Shown here: positions 10,366-18,604 of the stretch, in pieces
Layout of the letters: each line of letters begins with the position of its first letter
How positions within the stretch are numbered: position 1 is the first letter of the stretch
Assembly: GCA_963665095.1 (NCBI GenBank)
Contig: OY762069.1
Coordinates: forward strand, 4,384,001 to 4,448,000
Direction of reading: 5' to 3'
DNA from: an uncultured Desulfobacter sp.
GTDB taxonomy: Bacteria; Desulfobacterota; Desulfobacteria; Desulfobacterales; Desulfobacteraceae
DNA length: 64,000 bases
The notes under the pieces: generated by a model
The model's database searches: none
What the model saw: only the letters and a program-made list of their open reading frames with translations
Told to the model about the DNA's origin: nothing
Made by a program: the position numbers and the translations under genes

Positions 10366-11616
10366 ATGAGTAGTGACGCATCAAAGATCCTGGGCATTAA
10401 CGGACTTGGAAGAATTGGCAAACTGACCTTATGGCATCATGCCGGCAGAAAATTCTTTGATGAAATCGTCATCAACGTGGGCAGGGAAGTGGGAACCGGT
10501 ATGGACGATCTAATCCACTATATCGAACGGGACTCCTCCTATGGCCGCCTTGACGCATTTCTGCACGGATTTCAGGCCGAACCGGTGATCACAGATATTG
10601 ATCCTGACAGTGGCACGCTGAAAGTAAACGGGGTCAATATTAAAATTCTTCGGCAGCACCGTAACCCAAAGGATATTGAATGGGCACAGAACGGTGTGGA
10701 GCTTGTGGTGGACACAACGGGTCAGTTTCTGGACCCCAACCTCGGGGCCGAAGACCCCAAAGGCGCCATCCGGGGCCATCTGGAAGCCGGTGCCAGAAAA
10801 GTGGTTGCATCCGCCCCCTTTAAGATGAAACAGGGGGCCATGATGCCGGACGATGCCGTCACCACGGTTATGGGCATCAATGACAAGGATTATGACCCGG
10901 TCCGGCACTGTCTGATTTCCAATGCATCCTGCACCACCACCTGTCTGTCGCATATGGTCAAGCCGCTGCTGGATGCCTTTGGCCCGGAACGGGTTTTATC
11001 AGCCTCCATGGCCACGGTGCATGCGGCCACAGGATCCCAGCAGGTGCTGGACCGGCTGCCCAAGACCGGAAAAACAGATTTAAGAAAAAACCGGTCTATC
11101 ATGAATAACATTATTCTGACCACCACAGGTGCAGCCAAGGCATTGCAGCTGGTGATTCCTGAAATGGCAAGCATCGGATTCATTGCAGAGTCCGTTCGTA
11201 TTCCCACCTCCACAGGATCTTTGATCATTCTGGTCATTAATCTGCAGGAGGAGCTGGACAAACCGCCGGTGCGAAGGGAGCTGATCAACCAGATCTACCA
11301 GGACACCGCCAAAAGACAGACCAACGGCTACCTGGTCTTCACCAACAAACAGAATGTGTCATCGGACATCATCGGCACCCCCAGGGCCGCAGCGGTCATT
11401 GAAGGCCATGAAACCCATACCCGGACCGCATCCATTTCCATTAATCTTGGGCAGGTGCAGGGAATTGATAAAACGGTTCTTGAAAGCATTAAGGATCATG
11501 TGGGTTCCATCCAGGTAACCCAGGCGGTTATTTACGGCTGGTATGACAATGAGATGGCATCCTATGTGAATATGCTTGGCGACAGGACAGTAACAATCGC
11601 AGAATCCATGGACTAA
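10366..11616 (+). CDS. gap: Glyceraldehyde-3-phosphate dehydrogenase, type I family, divergent
   Basis: GINGLGRIG Rossmann motif, catalytic ASCTTTCL, TTTGAAKA and WYDNE. ATG 10366 after GAAGG is preferred over TTG 10348. Confidence 0.88.
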   Translation: MSSDASKILGINGLGRIGKLTLWHHAGRKFFDEIVINVGREVGTGMDDLIHYIERDSSYGRLDAFLHGFQAEPVITDIDPDSGTLKVNGVNIKILRQHRNPKDIEWAQNGVELVVDTTGQFLDPNLGAEDPKGAIRGHLEAGARKVVASAPFKMKQGAMMPDDAVTTVMGINDKDYDPVRHCLISNASCTTTCLSHMVKPLLDAFGPERVLSASMATVHAATGSQQVLDRLPKTGKTDLRKNRSIMNNIILTTTGAAKALQLVIPEMASIGFIAESVRIPTSTGSLIILVINLQEELDKPPVRRELINQIYQDTAKRQTNGYLVFTNKQNVSSDIIGTPRAAAVIEGHETHTRTASISINLGQVQGIDKTVLESIKDHVGSIQVTQAVIYGWYDNEMASYVNMLGDRTVTIAESMD

Positions 11617-11742
11617 GTTTTTGGGCGAAAACTTACCCACCTGCGGCGTTGCTGCGGGAGTTTGTAATCCTCACAACCTGAAGGCTGCTCCGGTTACAAA
11701 CTCCCTTGCGCCTTGCATCTGGGCAAGTTTTCGCCCAAAAAC
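11617..11742 (-). repeat. Structured palindromic repeat copy 2, inverted relative to copy 1
   Basis: The reverse complement shares the blocks TTGCCCAGATGCAAGGCGCAAG, AACCGGAGC, CTTCAG, GTGAGGATT and GCAGCAACGCCGCAG with 5954-6079. 23-bp outer inverted repeat with one mismatch. Confidence 0.85.
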
Positions 11743-11751
11743 CTCAATATT

Positions 11752-11850
11752 GATGGTCCCGTAAAAATCGAAAAAGACGAAACTGCTATTAATAAAGTCA
11801 GTAGGTTGTATTAAAAAATTTGCTAAAATCGAACTTTTTACGAGTGCATC
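11752..11850. mobile_element. 99-bp MITE-like element
   Basis: Inverted ends GATGGTCCCGTAAAAA and GATGCACTCGTAAAAA (13/16 match), AATATT on both sides (11746-11751, 11851-11856), AT-rich non-coding interior. Confidence 0.65.
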
Positions 11851-11941
11851 AATATTGGTGTCTTCGTTTTTTCGTGGTGGGACCTTGTCTTTTTTATTCA
11901 AGATGCTCTGCGGATGTTCCTGAATCGTCCTGCCAAAGAGG

Positions 11942-13531
11942 TTATGCCCGGACAGCCTCGAATTCATCCATGGGCTCCTCAACCGGCTCATCTGCATATT
12001 TTTCGCGAACTTCAAGAATTTGATTCCTTACCTTGAATGCGGCCTCCACCAGATGGGGATCAAAAATTTTACCACGGCTTGCTATTAGATAATCAAAAAC
12101 TTTATCCATGGGCCAGGCAGGTTTGTAAACCCTGTGACTGGCCAGGGCGTCAAGAATGTCTGCCAGACAGGTAAGTCTTCCGGCAAGGGGGATCTGAACG
12201 CCTTTCAGCCCCTGGGGGTATCCGGTGCCGTCCCAGCGTTCATGGTGGGTATGTGCAATGGTCGCAGCCATGGTTAGAAGTCTGCGCTTTGAGGTTGAAA
12301 GAATTTTATGCCCGATTGACGTATGTGATTTCATGATTCCGAATTCCTCAGGTGTCAACCGTCCGGGTTTAAGCAGGATGGCGTCGGGAATGGCAATTTT
12401 CCCCACATCATGCATGGGCGCTGCACACTTGATCTGTTCCACTTCTCTGGCGTCGTATCCTGCGGCCCGGCCGATCATACCGATATATTCAGCCACCCGG
12501 ATCACATGGTATGCGGTTTCCTTGGACCGGTTCTCCACCAGCTCTCCCAAAAGAAGAATAATTTCCTGCTGGGTCTCCTTAATCTCCTGATTCAGGTAAC
12601 GATTGTCAAAGGCAATGCCAACATTTCTGCTGAAAATTTCCAGCAACTGCTGGTATTCATGGGACATATCCTTATCGCACCCTTCAAGATAAAAAAGGTG
12701 ATGCCTGTTCTGCTGGGTTGGGAAGTATCCCACATAGCTGTCTTCAAAATGCAGGCTTCTTTTTTCTTCAACCACCTGTTCGAAACGTTCTTTGAGTTCA
12801 GGCGTCAACTGGATTTTCTTTTGGCCCTGGCCTTCCTGACCGAATTTACCGGTTCCGGCAATAAGTTCGTATTCTCCGGCAGAATCCTGGGCCAGGGTAC
12901 ACCCTTCATTGCGGACATACATGGAATTTTTGTGCTTAAAAAGAGCCGCGATCTGGGTGAGAACCCCCTGTGCCAGCTGCTTGATGGATGGTTCTTTAAA
13001 CAATCCACCTGAGGCTTCAACAATATGCCGGAGGCCTTCCCGGTTTTTTTCTATGGCCTGCATATCCCTGTATGAGCGAATGGCAGTATATACCGTCGTA
13101 AAAAGCTTTTGTGCCGTGAGATCTGTTTTCTGCTTATAATCGTTAATATCGTAATCCACAATCACATTTCGTTCAGGCGCCTGCCCGGGCTGGCCGGTGC
13201 GAAGGATGATTCTGAGCATGCTGTTATTCAGGTCTTCCCTGATCAGTTTCACCAGCTCAAGTCCGGCATGATCTGACTCCATAACCACATCTAAAAGCAT
13301 AACTGCGGCATCTTCATGAATTTTTATCAGATCAATGGCCTCCTGGGCCGTATATGCTGAAATAAACTCCAGTCCGGCACCTTCAAAATCAAAATCGTCC
13401 AGCACCAGCCGGGTTGCTGTGTGAATATCAGGCTCATCGTCAACGATGATAAGTTTCCACGATTTTTTATCTGACTGGGATTCCGGAGCATCACCGTCCT
13501 CAGGGTCAAAAACCAGTAAGCCTTCTTCCAT
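11942..13531 (-). CDS. Response regulator with HD-GYP c-di-GMP phosphodiesterase domain (REC, DUF3369-like linker, HD-GYP)
   Basis: IVDDE and LLDVVM receiver motifs; MHDVGKI and HHERWDGTGYP; GGAG RBS. Confidence 0.92.
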   Translation of the reverse strand: MEEGLLVFDPEDGDAPESQSDKKSWKLIIVDDEPDIHTATRLVLDDFDFEGAGLEFISAYTAQEAIDLIKIHEDAAVMLLDVVMESDHAGLELVKLIREDLNNSMLRIILRTGQPGQAPERNVIVDYDINDYKQKTDLTAQKLFTTVYTAIRSYRDMQAIEKNREGLRHIVEASGGLFKEPSIKQLAQGVLTQIAALFKHKNSMYVRNEGCTLAQDSAGEYELIAGTGKFGQEGQGQKKIQLTPELKERFEQVVEEKRSLHFEDSYVGYFPTQQNRHHLFYLEGCDKDMSHEYQQLLEIFSRNVGIAFDNRYLNQEIKETQQEIILLLGELVENRSKETAYHVIRVAEYIGMIGRAAGYDAREVEQIKCAAPMHDVGKIAIPDAILLKPGRLTPEEFGIMKSHTSIGHKILSTSKRRLLTMAATIAHTHHERWDGTGYPQGLKGVQIPLAGRLTCLADILDALASHRVYKPAWPMDKVFDYLIASRGKIFDPHLVEAAFKVRNQILEVREKYADEPVEEPMDEFEAVRA

Positions 13532-13776
13532 ATATTATATAACTCCGCAAAAAATTCGTGTGGTCTACGTTTTTCAATGCGTGTCATAGCCCTCGGATAT
13601 ACCGCAGGACAACACATCGCATTTGCCTGTCAATAATTACATGGGGAATTACATTCCTGCGCCTTTTTATTCAAATTTCAATTTAAAAATGAGGCGATTA
13701 TTCTGCGAGGCGATATTTTGAATGTAAGCCACCAGACTGCAAATTGTCAAGGCGATAACAAAATTCCCAGCACCTT

Positions 13777-13790
13777 TTGATATATATCAA
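13777..13790. promoter_or_regulatory. FNR/DNR/HcpR-type palindrome TTGAT-N4-ATCAA
   Basis: TTTGATATATATCAAA in the divergent intergenic region; perfect consensus match. Confidence 0.5.
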
Positions 13791-13969
13791 ACGGCAGAAA
13801 CAAAGCCCGGCACCAGCTTTACAGTGACATGGACCTGGCAACTGATCCTGGTATTGTCCAATGACACATGATACTTTTTATTAATGACAGGAATGCTGGC
13901 ATTTGACAACAAATCTAAACGGTTGTACATATATTTTCATTTTAGGGTGGGAGGAGACAGACTTTTTCC

Positions 13970-15121
13970 ATGGGCATCCAGCAACAATCCATTTTAAAAA
14001 AGTGTACATGCCTTTTTGGCATCGCTGTCAGCCTGGTGATTTGCATTTTTTGGAGTTTTACCCCCGGGCTTTCTGCAAATGAAAGTCGTAAAGTTAGAAT
14101 AGCTGTCTTGAACTTTGAAGCTGCTGGGGCAAAAGCTCGAACCGGAGAATGGGCCGCGGCCTGTACTGAATGGATGCAGTCATACTTAGTGGCAACCAGC
14201 CGTTTTGACATTGTTGAAAGAGTTCAAATTCAAAAAATAATTGCAGAACAGGCTTTGGGCCAATCCGGCCGGATTGACCCTGAAACTGCCGCAAAAACCG
14301 GTAAATTGCTGGGTGTTGATATAATGCTGATAGGGCGTCTGATTCCGTTAGGTACTGAAATTGAAGTGGTGGTTCGCCTTGTGGACGTTCATACCGGTAT
14401 CATTTTTGATTCTTTTTATTCTCAGGTAGAAAATCCAATGGCGCTTAAAGGCACTTTAAATGATATCGCCTCATCCATCTCCTTCCGGCATAACGAACTG
14501 GACACTGACGGCAGGATCAAAAAATGGCGTTATGCTACCTCCTTTTCAAATGAAAACATCACTATTGATTTCTGGACACCGTCCTATGGCAAGGGGATGT
14601 CATCTGAGGAAATAGATAATATCAAAGTCGAGATAGCAAAGAATGCACTTCACATCAATGGCTGCTTTCATCCGGCAAAAAGGCCGAAACGGTATTTCAG
14701 CTATGAACTGCCGGCTGAAAACTACGCTGAAATGAAAATCCGCTTTCGGCTCAAAGAAATTAAGGGCAACATCTCCATTTGCCAGGGGAATGAGTGGGGA
14801 GAAGGAAGAGACAGCTACGAATTGATGTGCATGTGGTTCAATCAAGAGCTTGGAGAAATCTCTATTATACATAAACCCACCGGTGCTGAGGAGGAGACAG
14901 AGTCCCCTATCAATTTATCTTTAGCGCCCGGTATGCGTTATGAAATTTCTCTGCAACAAACGGAGATAGAAACCCTCTTTTACTTCGGGGAAACGCTTAT
15001 CGCATCCCGCAAGCACAATCAGACCCCTGCAGACAAATTAAACGGCAATTTCTATTTGTTAATTATTCCGGAAGGGACAAAATCTTTTCATCTGGTCATT
15101 GACGAGTTGCTTTTACGGTGA
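13970..15121 (+). CDS. Exported protein with CsgG/FlgO/TolB-N-like domain and a beta-rich C-terminal domain
   Basis: Hydrophobic N-terminus; RIAVLNF, FDIVERVQIQKIIAEQ and TAAKTGKLLGVD signature. Confidence 0.7.
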   Translation: MGIQQQSILKKCTCLFGIAVSLVICIFWSFTPGLSANESRKVRIAVLNFEAAGAKARTGEWAAACTEWMQSYLVATSRFDIVERVQIQKIIAEQALGQSGRIDPETAAKTGKLLGVDIMLIGRLIPLGTEIEVVVRLVDVHTGIIFDSFYSQVENPMALKGTLNDIASSISFRHNELDTDGRIKKWRYATSFSNENITIDFWTPSYGKGMSSEEIDNIKVEIAKNALHINGCFHPAKRPKRYFSYELPAENYAEMKIRFRLKEIKGNISICQGNEWGEGRDSYELMCMWFNQELGEISIIHKPTGAEEETESPINLSLAPGMRYEISLQQTEIETLFYFGETLIASRKHNQTPADKLNGNFYLLIIPEGTKSFHLVIDELLLR

Positions 15122-15277
15122 GGTTGTCGCATTAATCTCTACCCTTTTGTTCTTTAAAAAAGACCGCTTGTCCACCGTTTTAGGATAAAATCAAAGGCTG
15201 ACCATGCACTTTTGCTAAGATACCTTCTTTCTGAAACTGAACAGATCGAATTGCCATCGCACCTGTTTTTGACCCGG

Positions 15278-17005
15278 CTAAATACCTTCAAGTGCCTGTT
15301 TCAACGCATTGATGGAAAAGGGCTTGGACAGGGCTGCAGAAAATCCGTAGACAGCGTAGTTCTCCATGACATTGTCATTGGAATATCCTGAGGCAACAAT
15401 TCCCTTGATACCCGGATTCAGCGCCACCAGTTTTTCCATGGTCTCTTCACCACCCATGCCATGCTTGACCTCAAGGTCAAGGATCACTTTCCCAATAATT
15501 TTTCCTTCCACAAGGCATGCCTGATATTTTTCCACGGCTTCTTCTCCAGAACGGGCCGATACGGGCTCATAGCCAAGCTGGCGAAGGATTTTTTCTGTAA
15601 TTTGGAGAATCATGACATCGTCGTCCATAAACAGAACATGAGGTTTTTGTATCTCTGCCTGGGCAGGTCTTCCCCTCCCGGGTGCTGCCTCTTTGGGCCG
15701 TGGGGTCTCTTTGGGCAGGTCCTTTGGAAATATTGGCAGAATGATATCCACGGTTGTTCCCTGGCCCTGGGTGGAACGAATTTGAATGTTACCCTGGTGA
15801 TTCTTCACAATGGCCCAGGCAATGGACAGCCCCAGACCGGTTCCCCTGCTGGCACCTTTGGGTTTGGTGGAAAAATAGGGATCAAACACTTTCTCCAGAT
15901 TTTCAGCGCTGATGCCTCTGCCATGATCTGTGACCGAAATGGCAATCATGCCTTTCCTGCCGGAAAACGGCCGGGCAAAAATCTTTACAGGCTCAGGGTC
16001 ATCCATGGCTTCCCAGGCATTGATAATAACGTTCTTCAGTGCCTCCTTGAGCTGATCACTGTCAGCTTCAATAACAGGCGGCAATTCCCGGATCTCAAGA
16101 TGGTGGGGGATCTCCTGTATCCTTGTGAGCGCTTCCAGAGCCTCTTTTAAAAACCCTGTCAGATCTATATGGGATTTAATACCCACAGTACCGGCACTCG
16201 AAAAAATAACAAACTTTGACGCCAGATTTTTTGCCTGGAGAACGGACTGTTCGGCATCATCCAGATATTCCTTGATGGATTCGCTGCCAGTGGACATCTG
16301 GGCCAGATTGATATTGCCCAGAGTAATGGAAAGGGTATTGTTAAAATCGTGGGCAATACCGCCGGCCAGCGTACCAATAGCTTCAAGCTTCTGAGCGCGG
16401 ATCAGGCGTTTTTTGGTCCTGTCCAATTCTTTCTCCGCCCGTTTTTTTTCTATGGCTGCAGCAATGGTATCTGATACAAAATTAAGCAGCTCAACATGGC
16501 CTTGATTGTATTTAACCGGGTTTGTATAGCTTTTTACCGCCATAACCCCAAGGACTTCTGTTTTAACCATCAGTGGAATACCCAGCCAGTTTTTTGGCAG
16601 CCGCCCCCGGACCCGGCCTTTTGCACCCAGTTCGATAAGCTGCTGTTCATCCAGCAGCAAAGGTGCTTTTTTTATAATGACATCACCTGTTAATGTAGGC
16701 TTTTCATCAAATCTGTAAACCCACTTCGGGGAGAGATCTGCCTCCTGATCCCGCCGAAACACATATTCAATGGCTTTTTTGTCCCGGTGGTACAGGGCAA
16801 TAAAAAAATTGGAGATGTCCATAAGGCCGGATACGCGCCGATAGATGGACGAATACAGATCTTCAAGGGATTCACATGTGTTCAGATCAGAGGCAATATA
16901 GAAAAGCGTTTTATTGATCAGTTCAGCCCGCCGGGCTCTTTGAACAGAATTCTCCAGTCTTTTGATCTGTTGCTCAAGCATTTCATAACTGGGTTTGTCA
17001 CTCAT
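15278..17005 (-). CDS. Cytoplasmic hybrid histidine kinase (GAF-HisKA-HATPase-REC)
   Basis: LAGGIAHDFNN, FDPYFSTK and GTGLGLS motifs; C-terminal receiver FMDDD...ILDL. Confidence 0.92.
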   Translation of the reverse strand: MSDKPSYEMLEQQIKRLENSVQRARRAELINKTLFYIASDLNTCESLEDLYSSIYRRVSGLMDISNFFIALYHRDKKAIEYVFRRDQEADLSPKWVYRFDEKPTLTGDVIIKKAPLLLDEQQLIELGAKGRVRGRLPKNWLGIPLMVKTEVLGVMAVKSYTNPVKYNQGHVELLNFVSDTIAAAIEKKRAEKELDRTKKRLIRAQKLEAIGTLAGGIAHDFNNTLSITLGNINLAQMSTGSESIKEYLDDAEQSVLQAKNLASKFVIFSSAGTVGIKSHIDLTGFLKEALEALTRIQEIPHHLEIRELPPVIEADSDQLKEALKNVIINAWEAMDDPEPVKIFARPFSGRKGMIAISVTDHGRGISAENLEKVFDPYFSTKPKGASRGTGLGLSIAWAIVKNHQGNIQIRSTQGQGTTVDIILPIFPKDLPKETPRPKEAAPGRGRPAQAEIQKPHVLFMDDDVMILQITEKILRQLGYEPVSARSGEEAVEKYQACLVEGKIIGKVILDLEVKHGMGGEETMEKLVALNPGIKGIVASGYSNDNVMENYAVYGFSAALSKPFSINALKQALEGI

Positions 17006-17237
17006 TGTGCTTTACCTGTAAATTCAATCTGTTTAGCCCGGATACTTTATCAAACTATTGGGATAGTATATAGAGAAAATTCTAAAAAAACACAAATGAC
17101 ACAGAAAATTCAAACCATTTTAAATAAAATCCAAATTTTGCAACCTGCATTATTGGTTGACTAACGCTTTGAATTTAATCTATATATACCGTTTGTATAT
17201 TTTTTAAGATTAAAACAATAAGCATAAAGATATTAAA

Positions 17238-18500
17238 ATGCAGACTATACGCGGGTTCAGAGATATTTTGCCTGAGCAGATAGGGCTTTGGCAGAAAGTG
17301 GAAAAAGAGGCGGCAAATCTGTTTGAATCATTCGGGTACAGGGAGATCCGGATCCCCATCCTGGAAAAAACCGAACTGTTTGCCCGAAGCATCGGGGATA
17401 CCACCGATATTGTTGAAAAAGAAATGTATACCTTTGAGGACAGAAAAGGCGATATGCTCACCCTCCGTCCCGAGGCCACAGCGTCTATTTGCAGGGCATA
17501 TATCCAGCATAAAATATATGCCGGCGATCCCATGCAGAAATTTTTTCTGACAGGCCCCATGTTCCGCCGGGAGCGCCCGCAAAAAGGAAGATACCGTCAG
17601 TTTTATCAGATTGATGCAGAGGTTTTCGGGGTTGAATCTCCTTATATCGACAGTGAACTGATTTTTCTTCTAAATACTCTTTTCAGCCGCCTGGGACTTA
17701 AAGACCTTTCCGCCCATGTAAACAGCCTTGGCTGTCCAGTGTGCCGGCCTGCTTTTCAGGAGGCCCTGCTTGATTTTCTTGGTGAACGGAAAGCCTCATT
17801 GTGTGAGAACTGCAAGCGGCGAATGGATAAAAATCCCTTGCGGATACTGGACTGCAAAATGGAAACATGCAGACAGGTTCTTGAAGGGGCACCAGCTACG
17901 GTGGACCACCTGTGCCAGGCGTGTACCGACCATTTTGACACTGTAAAAGCCAGTCTGGAAAAACTTGGGGTGGATTTTATGGTGGATAACAGCCTGGTCA
18001 GGGGGCTTGACTACTACACCCGTACGGCCTGGGAGGTTCAGACAACAAGCCTGGGTGCGCAGTCTGCTGTTGCCGGAGGGGGACGATACGACCGTCTGGT
18101 GGAAGAACTGGGGGGACCGCCAACGCCTGCCATCGGGTTTGCCATCGGGTTTGACCGCCTGGTGGAAGTGATGGAACAGCTTGGAGACGATACCTCCGAA
18201 AAGGGGCCGGATATTTTTATTGTCAGTCTCGGACCAGAGGCCCAGGATTACGCCTTTCACTGTTCCTGCAGGCTGAATGATATGGGCATCCGGACAGAGG
18301 CGGACTTTCGCGGAAAAAGCATGAAAGCGCTGATGAAACGGGCAGACAAGCTTGGTGCATCCTATGTTCTGATAGCCGGAGATAACGAGCTTGCAGAAAA
18401 AAAGGTGGTGTTGCGCAATATGGCAACAAAGGAACAGACAGAAATAGGCCTGGAAACCCTGATGGAAGACCTGCCCAAATTAATAACAGTTGCGGGCTGA
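17238..18500 (+). CDS. hisS: Histidine--tRNA ligase
   Basis: LRPEAT, FRRERPQKGRYRQF, LVRGLDYY and GGGRYD motifs. Confidence 0.98.
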   Translation: MQTIRGFRDILPEQIGLWQKVEKEAANLFESFGYREIRIPILEKTELFARSIGDTTDIVEKEMYTFEDRKGDMLTLRPEATASICRAYIQHKIYAGDPMQKFFLTGPMFRRERPQKGRYRQFYQIDAEVFGVESPYIDSELIFLLNTLFSRLGLKDLSAHVNSLGCPVCRPAFQEALLDFLGERKASLCENCKRRMDKNPLRILDCKMETCRQVLEGAPATVDHLCQACTDHFDTVKASLEKLGVDFMVDNSLVRGLDYYTRTAWEVQTTSLGAQSAVAGGGRYDRLVEELGGPPTPAIGFAIGFDRLVEVMEQLGDDTSEKGPDIFIVSLGPEAQDYAFHCSCRLNDMGIRTEADFRGKSMKALMKRADKLGASYVLIAGDNELAEKKVVLRNMATKEQTEIGLETLMEDLPKLITVAG

Positions 18501-18604
18501 TCTGATTTTGCTCCCAGATTCACCCCATAAACAGAACATGAAAGAGATCCGGAAGGGTTCGGACTCTTTCATATAAAAACTAAAATGGAGTTTAAGGAAA
18601 TAAA

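Noticed and set aside
5954..11742. CRISPR or integron attC interpretation of the repeats
   Set aside because: The copies are isolated, there is no spacer array, and no cas or integrase gene is in the window.
11671..12023. Short ORFs on both strands between gap and the HD-GYP gene
   Set aside because: They overlap the repeat and MITE and show no transposase motifs.
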